From an uncultured Candidatus Saccharibacteria bacterium (GTDB taxonomy: Bacteria > Patescibacteriota > Minisyncoccia > Phycocordibacterales > PALSA-1337): a stretch of DNA of 64,000 nucleotides. Each line of letters begins with the position of its first letter. Positions within the stretch are counted from its first letter, which is position 1. The stretch spans positions 1,579-65,578 of the forward strand of contig CAYHLX010000003.1 in assembly GCA_964357605.1 (NCBI GenBank). Direction: 5' to 3'. The position numbers and the translations under genes are program-made. Positions 27,676-36,690 of the stretch are shown piece by piece. The notes beneath the pieces are model-generated. The model saw nothing but the letters and a program-made list of their open reading frames with translations. It had not been told where the DNA came from and made no database searches.

Positions 27676-28815
27676 ATGAAATACCTTCGTGAAATAAAAG
27701 AATTAGCCGGAGTAAAAGTTCTTGTGCGGCTAGATCTCAATGTGCCTGTCTGTGACGGTAAAGTGGTTGATGATTTTAGAATTAGAAAAATTCTGCCAAC
27801 CATTGCCTATCTTCAGGAAAAAAAGGCCAAAATTATTCTCATGAGTCATATCGAGACTCCAAAGGACAAGCCATCCTTGGTTCCGGTAGCAGAATATCTC
27901 AAAACTTTTGGTGTCCAATGTGTTTTTGTTAAAAATTACAAGAATGCTCTGATTTCTATTGAAAAACTTGATCCAGGAAGTGTCATTCTCTTAGAAAATC
28001 TGCGTGAATATGAGGGTGAAAAGAAAAACGATAAAAATTTTGCCAAGGAACTAGCTTCTTTTGGTGATATTTATGTAAACGATGCCTTCGCAGTGTCTCA
28101 TCGAAAACATGCTTCTGTTTGTGCGATTACAGAATTTATTCCTAGTTATGCTGGACTGCTTTTTGAGCAGGAATTGAAACATTTGAGTACCGCTTTTAAG
28201 CCTAATCACCCTTTTCTTTTTGTTCTGGCGGGGGCTAAATTTGAAACTAAACTTCCTCTAATTGAGAAATTTATAAAAATTGCCGATCAGATTTTTGTGG
28301 GTGGGGCTTTGGCTAATAATTTTTTCAAAGAACAGGGCAAGGAGATCGGGAAATCCATGGTTTCTCCAGATAATTTCAACCTGTCTCGTTTTTTGGGTAA
28401 TCCAAAATTGTTACTTCCGATAGACACAGTTGTGGTTGACGGTAAAACGGAGACTAAGAAAGTTGGTCAAATCAAATCTGACGAAATGATGTATGATGCT
28501 GGTCCAGAAACCTTAGCATTACTTGGTCAAGCGATAAATAAGGCCAAATATATTCTCTGGAATGGTCCACTTGGAGCTTATGAGCAAGGTTTCAAACAAC
28601 CGACTCTGGAATTGGCCAAAATGATTGCTCAGGCCACAGAAAATGGCGCTAAGTCTGTGATCGGGGGAGGGGATACTTTAGCTACGGTGGCGGAATTAAA
28701 AATAGAAGATAAGTTTACTTTTGTTTCTACTGGTGGTGGGGCGATGCTCGATTATCTAGCGGAGGGAACATTGCCGGGGATAGAGGCGTTGGGGGGTAGG
28801 GTTGTAATTAAATAA
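27676..28815 (+). CDS. pgk: Phosphoglycerate kinase
   Basis: RLDLNVP, NDAFAVSHR, WNGPLG, GGGDT, STGGGAML. Confidence 0.97.
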   Translation: MKYLREIKELAGVKVLVRLDLNVPVCDGKVVDDFRIRKILPTIAYLQEKKAKIILMSHIETPKDKPSLVPVAEYLKTFGVQCVFVKNYKNALISIEKLDPGSVILLENLREYEGEKKNDKNFAKELASFGDIYVNDAFAVSHRKHASVCAITEFIPSYAGLLFEQELKHLSTAFKPNHPFLFVLAGAKFETKLPLIEKFIKIADQIFVGGALANNFFKEQGKEIGKSMVSPDNFNLSRFLGNPKLLLPIDTVVVDGKTETKKVGQIKSDEMMYDAGPETLALLGQAINKAKYILWNGPLGAYEQGFKQPTLELAKMIAQATENGAKSVIGGGDTLATVAELKIEDKFTFVSTGGGAMLDYLAEGTLPGIEALGGRVVIK

Positions 28816-28828
28816 TATTCTTGATATT

Positions 28829-28899
28829 GTAATTAAGTATTTGGCATTCGCCACGTCCACCCACCTCTCACCCGAGTGGTGGGTGATCTGTTTAATTAC
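28829..28899 (-). other. Structured 3' element after the PemK-like toxin gene
   Basis: Outer GTAATTAA/TTAATTAC stem enclosing CACCCACC..GGTGGGTG and TGGC-GAAT-GCCA hairpins; no U-tract. Confidence 0.5.
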
Positions 28900-29296
28900 C
28901 CGAGAGAAGATCAATCATTTTAATTCTGATTTTCTCAAAATCTTTATGGTCTAGGCTACAGAGGATTTTATCCATTCTTCTATAATCAACATGTCTAATC
29001 TGGGATAGAATTGCATTATTATCTTTCCCTTTTATTTTGAGGTTTGCATACCAAGTTCCTGTCTTGGCTTGGGTAGTAAAGGGGATACCAATAAAAGAAA
29101 ACGAATCTAACTTTCTTAATACGAGGACTGGTCTACGGAAATATTCTCCCTTACCACTTACTTCACTCCCTACATTTTCGCCGACACTACACCACCAGAC
29201 CTCTCTTTCATTGAAAAATGGAGGAACATGAACACTACTGTCCAATTTAGGTTTTAATGAGAACCATGCGATAAATCTTTTAACAAAAATAATCAT
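28892..29296 (-). CDS. PemK/MazF-like toxin with no adjacent antitoxin ORF
   Basis: EREVWWCSVGENVGSE..K..RRPVLV, IPFTT, SQIRHVDYRR. Confidence 0.88.
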   Translation of the reverse strand: MIIFVKRFIAWFSLKPKLDSSVHVPPFFNEREVWWCSVGENVGSEVSGKGEYFRRPVLVLRKLDSFSFIGIPFTTQAKTGTWYANLKIKGKDNNAILSQIRHVDYRRMDKILCSLDHKDFEKIRIKMIDLLSGN

Positions 29297-29315
29297 TCAT
29301 CAACTCTAGCAAAAC

Positions 29316-29361
29316 GGTGATGAAGAAATACCTAAGAAATAATAAAATTTTGATAAAATTT
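29316..29361 (-). repeat. 46-bp perfect inverted repeat, copy A (promoter/operator of the toxin gene)
   Basis: Exact reverse complement of 32672-32717, followed by TGcTAGAGT and the ATG 6 nt later. Confidence 0.92.
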
Positions 29362-29399
29362 GGGGTTAGGAAATGGAATTTAGGTGGTGTCTAGGGTAC

Positions 29400-29765
29400 T
29401 TATGTAAGGGCTTCTCTTATCTTCTTCGCATTTTCTTTAAAATCTTTTTTGTTGCCTTTTGTAGTTTCTGGATTCGGAAATACCCAGATATGGGCATGGG
29501 GGACTTCTTCGCCATATATTTTACCTTGGATCAAATCCTGACTGAATGTTTTCTTTTGTGCCACCGCAATCTTCTGGGCTATCTCAAAGTAGGCTCCCGC
29601 ATTTGGTACATCCCAAACCCAACGATAATGTTCTTTGGGAATAACTAAGGTGTGGCCAGGGGAGTGCGGGTCGATACTCAAGAATGCTAAAAAGTCGCTG
29701 TCTTCATAGACAATCTCGGCGGGAATTTCTTTTTTTATGATTTTGCAAAAGATGCAGTTTTCCAT
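29400..29765 (-). CDS. HIT-family nucleotide hydrolase
   Basis: CIFCKI, PGHTLVIPKEH, VPHAHIW. Confidence 0.93.
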   Translation of the reverse strand: MENCIFCKIIKKEIPAEIVYEDSDFLAFLSIDPHSPGHTLVIPKEHYRWVWDVPNAGAYFEIAQKIAVAQKKTFSQDLIQGKIYGEEVPHAHIWVFPNPETTKGNKKDFKENAKKIREALT

Positions 29766-29784
29766 AATAGATAAATTATATCAG

Positions 29785-29819
29785 AAAAAAGGCAACCTCG
29801 GCTTGGGGCCGAGGTGTTG
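29785..29819 (-). terminator. Intrinsic terminator
   Basis: ACCTCGGC..GCCGAGGT stem followed by TGCCTTTTTT on the - strand. Confidence 0.6.
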
Positions 29820-29846
29820 AGGAGATTATGATGGTTTGTTGTATGG

Positions 29847-30356
29847 TTACATCAGACAATCCAGGATGTGACGAGGAAGAGCGTAACGACCACCAGTTGC
29901 AATGGTGACCCAAGGATGATGGAGACCAAGGGTATTGAGTGTGGCGATCGTGTCCACCGACCAACGAGGATCAAAAGCTTCACTTGGTGCGTCGGGGTTC
30001 GCGAATTTCTCAAAACAATCATCACAACTGTCTCGCCGCAGGAAGAAACTGATAGGCGGAGAGGTTGTTTTGGATCCAAGAAAAATTCCTCTCGTTGCAA
30101 GTGTTGGTATCGGATCGGCAGAATTGTGATTTTGTGGCAGGTCATACTTTGCCACCGTGCTATTTCCGATACCAACCAAAAGGCCTCTCCGCAGTGTTGC
30201 GCCCACAGGATTGACTAATGGCCTACCTCCTGGGCCAATTGTGTGGTGTACCCGCATTTTCATGATTTGAGGGCTCGAGACCGAATCCAGGATCGTTACT
30301 TGATAAACGGAATAGCGTGTATTGAACCAGAATCTTCCCGTAAAAGGAGTCGTCAT
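29847..30356 (-). CDS. Hypothetical protein, stand-alone GC-richer gene
   Basis: Own promoter TTGACA-17-TAAAGT (30397-30425) and own terminator. Likely ATG at 30356. Confidence 0.6.
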   Translation of the reverse strand: MTTPFTGRFWFNTRYSVYQVTILDSVSSPQIMKMRVHHTIGPGGRPLVNPVGATLRRGLLVGIGNSTVAKYDLPQNHNSADPIPTLATRGIFLGSKTTSPPISFFLRRDSCDDCFEKFANPDAPSEAFDPRWSVDTIATLNTLGLHHPWVTIATGGRYALPRHILDCLM

Positions 30357-30462
30357 AATTTGTTTTTTGGTTGATGTTGGAGGGCAGTTCGGTAAAACTT
30401 TACTCCTTACGTAGATTGATGTCAATGACAGCGATTTTTGTGACGGTGCTATACTTGTACCC

Positions 30463-32172
30463 ATGAAAACCTACCAGCTACGCCGGATTTTGACTGATGA
30501 AGAAAAAAATAAGTTAGGTACCTATCCTGATATTTTGAAACGTTTGCTTTTTCACCGAGGGATCACTGATCGAAAAACGGCTGAGAGTTTTTTAAATCCA
30601 AACTATGATAGCCAAACCCACGATCCATTTTTATTAAAAGATGCCGAGAAAGCGGTGACGAGAATTATCAAAGCCATAGAAAGTGACCAAAAAATCGTCA
30701 TTTATAGCGATTATGATACAGATGGCATACCAGCTGGAGTCGCTCTTCATGACTTATTTAAAAAAATAGGATTCAAGAATTTTATCAACTATATTCCACA
30801 TCGCCACGATGAAGGGTTTGGTTTAAATGAAGAGGCGATCAGACAATTCATCGCTGACAAGGTTGAACTACTCATTACCATTGACTGTGGTATTGCTGAT
30901 GTCGAGCATGTAAAACTGGCTCAGAAAAATGGTCTAGATGTGATTATCACAGATCACCACCTTCCAGGACAAAAACTCCCACCAGCTTTTGCCATTGTTA
31001 ATCCAAAACAATCAGATTGTCACTATCCAGAAAAAATGCTCTGTGGTGCTGGAGTGATTTACAAAGTCATTCAGGCTATTCTGCTTAAAAATAGATTTGA
31101 GATTAAAGAAGGTTGGGAGAAATGGTGGTTAGATATGGTGGGTATCGCCACCTTGTCAGATATGGTGCCTCTCACGGGGGAGAATCGGGTTTTTGCCCAC
31201 TACGGACTAGCCGTGCTTAGAAAAAGTCCTAGAAAAGGTTTGATCAGATTGCTCAAGAAATTAAAAGTAGATCAGAGATATCTCACCGAAGAAGATATTG
31301 GTTTTACCATCGGCCCCCGGATCAATGCTGCGTCTCGCATGGGTGTACCGATGGATGCTTTTCGTCTTTTGGCGACAGATGATGAAGTAGAAGCAGAAAA
31401 GTTGGCCGATCATCTAGATCACATCAATAATGAAAGAAAGGGGACTGTTGCTGCTCTAGTTAAGGAAGTGAAGAAACATGTTCACGAGAGATATGGAGAA
31501 AAGCCAAATAGAGTGATCGTGATCGGTAACCCAGATTGGAAGCCATCTCTCCTGGGGCTAGCCGCTAACACCTGTGCAGAAGAATATGCCGTACCAGTTT
31601 TTCTCTGGGGACGTGATGGTGACAATATTATCAAAGGATCGTGTCGAGCAGCGGGGACTGTTCACTTAGTTGACTTGATGCAGGAAATCCCGGAAGGGGT
31701 GTTTTTGCAATTTGGTGGCCATGCCGAGTCTGGTGGTTTTGCGGTTCATGGATCAGCAATTCATACCCTCGAAGGCAAACTCAATGAGGCTTTTGAAAAA
31801 ATAAAGGGCAAAAAGAAAGAAAACATTTTCCATGTTGATCTGAATCTTTTGCCTGATGATGTGAATTACGATACCTATCGTCAAATAGAAAAAGTTGGTC
31901 CATTTGGTACGGGCAATGACAAGCCGCTATTTATGTTCAAAGATATTATGCTCACTGGTGTAAAGCAATTCGGCAAAGAAAAAAATCATTTAGAAATCAT
32001 TTTTAAAAAAACAAATGGTAGTCCCATTTCTGCTATCGGTTTTTTTATCACTCAAGCTGATTTTTCTAAAAAGATCGAGCAAGGTTTGACCATTTCTCTT
32101 GTGGCTACGATGGAGAAATCTATGTTTAGAGGGCGTCCAGAGCTTAGGTTGAGGATTGTTGATATAATATGA
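30463..32172 (+). CDS. recJ: ssDNA exonuclease RecJ
   Basis: DYDTDG, TIDCG, TDHH, PRINAASR, GGHA. Confidence 0.96.
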   Translation: MKTYQLRRILTDEEKNKLGTYPDILKRLLFHRGITDRKTAESFLNPNYDSQTHDPFLLKDAEKAVTRIIKAIESDQKIVIYSDYDTDGIPAGVALHDLFKKIGFKNFINYIPHRHDEGFGLNEEAIRQFIADKVELLITIDCGIADVEHVKLAQKNGLDVIITDHHLPGQKLPPAFAIVNPKQSDCHYPEKMLCGAGVIYKVIQAILLKNRFEIKEGWEKWWLDMVGIATLSDMVPLTGENRVFAHYGLAVLRKSPRKGLIRLLKKLKVDQRYLTEEDIGFTIGPRINAASRMGVPMDAFRLLATDDEVEAEKLADHLDHINNERKGTVAALVKEVKKHVHERYGEKPNRVIVIGNPDWKPSLLGLAANTCAEEYAVPVFLWGRDGDNIIKGSCRAAGTVHLVDLMQEIPEGVFLQFGGHAESGGFAVHGSAIHTLEGKLNEAFEKIKGKKKENIFHVDLNLLPDDVNYDTYRQIEKVGPFGTGNDKPLFMFKDIMLTGVKQFGKEKNHLEIIFKKTNGSPISAIGFFITQADFSKKIEQGLTISLVATMEKSMFRGRPELRLRIVDII

Positions 32173-32669
32173 GCATGAAAAAAGTAATTTTTACTGATGG
32201 ATCGTCACGAGGTAATCCTGGACCAGGGGGTTGGGGGGCTATAGTTATTTCACCTGATAAGGTGCGGGAACTTGGCGGAAAAGAAGCAATGACGACAAAT
32301 AACAGAATGGAACTCAAGGGGGCGATTGAGGCCTTGAGGGTTTTAGATAATACCGAATCAATCATTGTCCATTCAGATTCTCAATACGTTATTAAGGGTA
32401 TTACAGAATGGATTGTGGGCTGGCAGAAAAAGGGCTGGAAAAATTCACAGAAAAAAGCAGTTTTGAATAGAGATCTCTGGGAGGAACTACTGGCAGTTTC
32501 AGAAAACAAGGACATAGAATGGAATTATGTGGCTGGGCACTCCGAAATTGCTGGGAATGAAAGATGCGATGAGATTGCTACGCAATTTGCTGATGGAGAA
32601 AAAGTAAAGCTTTACCACGGCCCAAAAGGAAAATACCCATTTACAAGCATTCTGAAAGATGTTCTATAG
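32169..32669 (+). CDS. rnhA: Ribonuclease HI
   Basis: TDGSSRGNPGPGGWG, TTNNRMEL, DSQYV, GHS..GNERCD. Confidence 0.97.
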   Translation: MSMKKVIFTDGSSRGNPGPGGWGAIVISPDKVRELGGKEAMTTNNRMELKGAIEALRVLDNTESIIVHSDSQYVIKGITEWIVGWQKKGWKNSQKKAVLNRDLWEELLAVSENKDIEWNYVAGHSEIAGNERCDEIATQFADGEKVKLYHGPKGKYPFTSILKDVL

Positions 32670-32671
32670 GT

Positions 32672-32717
32672 AAATTTTATCAAAATTTTATTATTTCTTA
32701 GGTATTTCTTCATCACC
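32672..32717 (+). repeat. 46-bp perfect inverted repeat, copy B (promoter/operator of comEC)
   Basis: AAATTTTATCAAAATTTTATTATTTCTTAGGTATTTCTTCATCACC, then TGcTACAGT and the GTG 6 nt later. Confidence 0.92.
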
Positions 32718-32736
32718 ACTATGCTACAGTCGGGGG

Positions 32737-34083
32737 GTGGAGAACAGACAGACTAAAATTTATATTTTCATAATTATCACTCTCATAATCATGATTTTTA
32801 TCCGTGGCTATCAGGCTTTCCATAATCCAAATAAGGATGTACTAAAAGGTCAGGTTGGAAAAACCACAACTTTTGATGGAACCATTTCAGGCGAACCCCT
32901 CATAAAGGATTTTCTGCAGACTTTTACTTTGCAAACTGAGGAAGGTAACTTTATCCGCGTGGGTGCCGATCGTTATGGGGAGTATAGCTATGGAGACAAG
33001 GTTAAAGCAACTGGCAAACTTTCTGCTCCCAGAAACTTTGCAAGCAATGGAGGAAGAGTCTTTGATTACATTAACTATTTAGGAAAAGATGAGATCTATT
33101 ATGAATTTAAAAAAGCCCAAATAGAAGTTCTAGAGAAAAATGATGGAAAAAATCTCAGATCAATTCTTTTTAATACTAAAAAGAAATTTTTACAAAACCT
33201 CGGAATGGTTTTGGGTGAACCTCATGCCGCTCTCGCCGGAGGACTGGTGGTGGGGGAGAAAGCGGCTTTAGGAAAGGATTTAATAGATGATTTTCGTCGG
33301 TCGGGACTCATACATATTGTCGTGCTTTCTGGTTACAACATTACGATTATCGCGACGATGATCCGTCGACTCCTTTCTTTTTTTCCACGAACCCCGAGTA
33401 TTATTTTGGGAGGAATTGGTATTGTTTTATTTGGTTTGCTCGTGGGAGGAGGAGCCACAGTGATTCGTTCTTGTATCATGGCCATCATCGCTCTTTGTGG
33501 GGAAATTTTACGTAAAGATTACAATGTGGCACGCGCTCTTTTTATTGCCGCCCTACTCATGCTCATAGAAAATCCACTAATTCTTTTTTATGATCCATCA
33601 TTTCAACTTTCTTTTTTGGCCACCCTGGGGCTCATCACCCTCTCGTCTCCATTTGAGAAAAAATTAGGGTTTATCACAGAAAAATTTTCCATCCGCTCTT
33701 TGGTGGCCTCAACTCTGGCGACTCAAGTTTTTGTCTCACCTCTTATCCTATATATGATGGGGGATTTATCTTTGGTGGGTACTTTTGTAAATATCGTCGT
33801 TTTACCATTCATTCCACTCACGATGCTCGTAGTATTTCTAACGGGGATGTTTGGTTTCATTTCTCACTACCTCTCCCAGATGTTTGGCTGGATTTCTCAC
33901 GTCCTGTTGTCTTACGAGCTTCTTATCGTGAAGCAGGCTTCAAAGCTTCCTTTTGCCATAGTTTCCTTGCCAGCTTTTTCAATAAAGGTTGTCGCTGGAG
34001 TTTATCTTTTCTATGGGTCTATCTTTTTTTATTTAAAATCTAGGCTAAAAAGTTCTTCTCAATCACTTTCCAATTCAAATTAG
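32737..34083 (+). CDS. comEC: ComEC/Rec2 DNA-uptake channel (OB plus Competence membrane domain, no MBL domain)
   Basis: GLIHIVVLSGYN, VIRSCIM, SFQLSFLAT. Confidence 0.93.
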   Translation: MENRQTKIYIFIIITLIIMIFIRGYQAFHNPNKDVLKGQVGKTTTFDGTISGEPLIKDFLQTFTLQTEEGNFIRVGADRYGEYSYGDKVKATGKLSAPRNFASNGGRVFDYINYLGKDEIYYEFKKAQIEVLEKNDGKNLRSILFNTKKKFLQNLGMVLGEPHAALAGGLVVGEKAALGKDLIDDFRRSGLIHIVVLSGYNITIIATMIRRLLSFFPRTPSIILGGIGIVLFGLLVGGGATVIRSCIMAIIALCGEILRKDYNVARALFIAALLMLIENPLILFYDPSFQLSFLATLGLITLSSPFEKKLGFITEKFSIRSLVASTLATQVFVSPLILYMMGDLSLVGTFVNIVVLPFIPLTMLVVFLTGMFGFISHYLSQMFGWISHVLLSYELLIVKQASKLPFAIVSLPAFSIKVVAGVYLFYGSIFFYLKSRLKSSSQSLSNSN

Positions 34084-34624
34084 CAAAAAAATCTTCCACA
34101 TAATTCTTTTTTCCAGACGGCTGATAGTCGGCGACAAAGGAATGTTCCCACATATCAAGGCCTAAGATAAGGGTGCAATCCTGAAGTTGCCCCAAATGTT
34201 GCTCATCTACCCAGGCATTCAGTAGTCTTCTCTCTTTTTTATCATAGTAAAGCATGGCCCAGCCGATTCCTCGAGTGAGGGCGATGGATTTAAATTCAAT
34301 GAGCCATTTATCAAATGAGCCAAAATCTTCCTCTATTTGTTTTTTTAAATCACCGTCTGTGATTTCTTGCATTCCACCCTCAAGACTTTGGAAATATACC
34401 TCATGATTTCTCATGCCGTTGTATTCAAAACCAAAACGGCGCATCACCTCACCTAGAGCATAAGCATTTTTCTCTGCTTCTTTTTTCATCTCTTCTATTT
34501 TTTCTAGAATGAGATTAGAGTGCTTTACATAACCAGCATAGAGTTTTAGATGCTCCCCAATGGTTTTCTCTGAAATCCCTTTTAAGTTAGGAATATTAAA
34601 TTTTTTCTCTTCAAATTTTTTCAT
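34040..34624 (-). CDS. sod: Fe/Mn superoxide dismutase family
   Basis: EHLKLYAGYV, NHEVYF, FGSFDKW, LDMWEHSF. Confidence 0.92.
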   Translation of the reverse strand: MKKFEEKKFNIPNLKGISEKTIGEHLKLYAGYVKHSNLILEKIEEMKKEAEKNAYALGEVMRRFGFEYNGMRNHEVYFQSLEGGMQEITDGDLKKQIEEDFGSFDKWLIEFKSIALTRGIGWAMLYYDKKERRLLNAWVDEQHLGQLQDCTLILGLDMWEHSFVADYQPSGKKNYVEDFFANLNWKVIEKNFLA

Positions 34625-34653
34625 AAGTATTGTGTAATTGGTTAATTTCCCCT

Positions 34654-34710
34654 CTATTTTAGCATAATTAATGAAAATTTTATTTTGGCTTTATCTCACT
34701 ATGTTACGTT
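34654..34710 (+). promoter_or_regulatory. Degenerate copy D of the shared promoter motif
   Basis: ATTTTAgCAtAATT..gCTTtATCtCACTATGtTACgtT, with the ATG 6 nt later. Confidence 0.55.
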
Positions 34711-34716
34711 GTTTAC

Positions 34717-35586
34717 ATGAAAAAGGTACAAAAATACTGGAAGTCGGTTCTGTTGGTTACCATTCTTTTGGCTGGTGTCTTGGGTATTTATGTTGCTCGC
34801 TTTGAATTGAGAGATAAGGTTATGGAAATTTATTTCTTTGATCTAGACAGAGGTCGATCTATCTTTCTCCGGACACCCCACAATCAAACTATTCTCATTG
34901 ACGGGGGACAGAACTCCCAGATCATGCGAGAATTGACCAAAATCCTCCCTTTCTATAGAAGACGAATTGATACAGTTATCGTTACAAATTCTTTTCCAAA
35001 AAATGTCGGAGGATTGAGTGAGGTGGTGCGTAGATATGAAGTCGGAAAAATAGTTGAACCAGCTCTGATGGGGACCAGTACCGCTCTAGAAGCTTTTGAA
35101 AAAGTAGTTGTAGATAAAAAACTTTTAGCAGAAAAAGTGATGAAGGGAGAAAGATTTGAAATAGATGGGGTAAAATTTGAAGTCCTTTTTCCCGTTCCAT
35201 CTTTTAAATACAACAAAACCAGTCTGCCAGAACTTGTTTTGAATATTTCACATCATTCTACCAACATCCTTTTATTGGGAGATGTTTCAAAAACTATTCA
35301 AAAATCTTTTATACCATTATTAGACAAGGTTGATTTGATTGAGTACGCGCATAGTGCGGGGGATTCACGTACGTCTGGTGACTTGTTTGAAAAACTCAAA
35401 CCCAAATATGCCATTATCAAAAAAAAGATTCGTGCTCCATCTACTAGGGTTCTTAAAAATCTACCAAAGAAGCCACCCTTTAATATAGAAAAACAAACTG
35501 GAACGGAAGTTATAAATCTAGAAACAGATGGAAATATCAAATTTATCCTGGACGAAATAGGTATCTCTACTCCACGCCTAAAATAA
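34717..35586 (+). CDS. Stand-alone ComEC-type metallo-beta-lactamase-fold protein with metal ligands lost
   Basis: N-terminal TM, ILIDGG, RRIDTVIVT, LLLGD. HxHxDH is replaced by NSFPKN. Confidence 0.82.
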   Translation: MKKVQKYWKSVLLVTILLAGVLGIYVARFELRDKVMEIYFFDLDRGRSIFLRTPHNQTILIDGGQNSQIMRELTKILPFYRRRIDTVIVTNSFPKNVGGLSEVVRRYEVGKIVEPALMGTSTALEAFEKVVVDKKLLAEKVMKGERFEIDGVKFEVLFPVPSFKYNKTSLPELVLNISHHSTNILLLGDVSKTIQKSFIPLLDKVDLIEYAHSAGDSRTSGDLFEKLKPKYAIIKKKIRAPSTRVLKNLPKKPPFNIEKQTGTEVINLETDGNIKFILDEIGISTPRLK

Positions 35587-36175
35587 GTTTAAAAATGAAA
35601 GGGACAATGGGTTCAACAAATCTCCATAAGACAAAGATCAAAATAAGAAAAAAGAAGATAGAGTAACGTTCTAGAACTTCTCTAATTCCAGAAAATTGAG
35701 GTGGTAGAAGAGAAAAAAGGATCTTTGATCCATCTAGAGGGGGAAGGGGGATGAGGTTAAAAACAGCCAAGACTATATTTATAGCCACCACATAAGAAGC
35801 GATGGTAATAAATGATGGAGAGAGTGAATCTATGAAGAAACGTAGAACGAGACCAAAGATAATGGCGATGAGGATGTTTGAAACAGGGCCGGCGAGGGCG
35901 ATTAGAAATTCACCCCACCGCTTATCTTTAACATTATAGGGATTCCATTCTACTGGTTTGGCCCAGCCAAAGGGAAAACCAGCTAAGGAGGTGATCACGG
36001 GCACGATGAAAGAGCCAAAAAGCTCTAGATGTTTGAGGGGATTGATAGTAAGTCTACCCTGTAGGCGAGGTGTGGGGTCCCCGAGGAGTTCTGCGGTATA
36101 CCCATGCGAAAGCTCATGTAGGACAACAGACATGATGAGGATAGCTATAGAAATAATAAAGGTTAATTCGTCCAT
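35567..36175 (-). CDS. Site-2 protease (M50) family
   Basis: HELSH, ALAGPVSN, FNLIPLPPLDG. Confidence 0.95.
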   Translation of the reverse strand: MDELTFIISIAILIMSVVLHELSHGYTAELLGDPTPRLQGRLTINPLKHLELFGSFIVPVITSLAGFPFGWAKPVEWNPYNVKDKRWGEFLIALAGPVSNILIAIIFGLVLRFFIDSLSPSFITIASYVVAINIVLAVFNLIPLPPLDGSKILFSLLPPQFSGIREVLERYSIFFFLILIFVLWRFVEPIVPFIFKLILGVE

Positions 36176-36240
36176 AAGTTTTCAGGCTTAACTTGCCAAA
36201 TTTAATATGTATGATAGCATGACTATCACTTACAAAACAT

Positions 36241-36483
36241 ATGGCCAAGGTCTGCGCAATTACAAAAAGAGGTTCAATGATGGGAGGCGGTTACTCCAAC
36301 CGTACTCGTGCTACCCAATTCAACCCTACAGGAATGGTTAGAAAATATCCAAATCTTCAGAAAAAGAAGATCTATGTTCCTGAACTCAAAAAATCTTTCA
36401 ATATCACTATCTCAACTCGGGCTCTAAAGACCGTCCAGAAACACGGAGCCTTTGCCACTCTCAAAAAAGCAGGTATAATATAG
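36241..36483 (+). CDS. rpmB: 50S ribosomal protein bL28
   Basis: MAKVCAIT..RKYPNLQKK..ISTRALKT. Confidence 0.9.
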   Translation: MAKVCAITKRGSMMGGGYSNRTRATQFNPTGMVRKYPNLQKKKIYVPELKKSFNITISTRALKTVQKHGAFATLKKAGII

Positions 36484-36540
36484 AGGTCAAGTATAGCACC
36501 ATGAAGCCAAGTACCACGTCCCTTTATCGGGAAAGTGGGA

Positions 36541-36572
36541 GGGCGCCGACCTGTCGTCGGCGCCCGTTTTCT
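36541..36572 (+). terminator. Intrinsic terminator after rpmB
   Basis: GGGCGCCGAC-CTGTC-GTCGGCGCCC followed by GTTTTCTT. Confidence 0.75.
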
Positions 36573-36690
36573 TGCCTTTTTTGTGAGTTGTGATAGAGTA
36601 GTCCCACGTCGTCAAAAACGCACAGAAAGATGAGTAACCACTCGGTGAAAAAGTCAGCTTTCTGTAATTATTAAACAATTAAAGAGATCA

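Noticed and set aside
28842-28853. TGGCGAATG resembling the 3' end of the HDV ribozyme
   Set aside because: I could not build the nested double pseudoknot. The match is only 9 nt.
36514-36607. Possible riboswitch-like pairing GTGGGA/TCCCAC upstream of rpsL
   Set aside because: More simply explained as the rpmB terminator followed by a separate rpsL promoter (TTGCCT-16-TAGAGT, 36572-36599).
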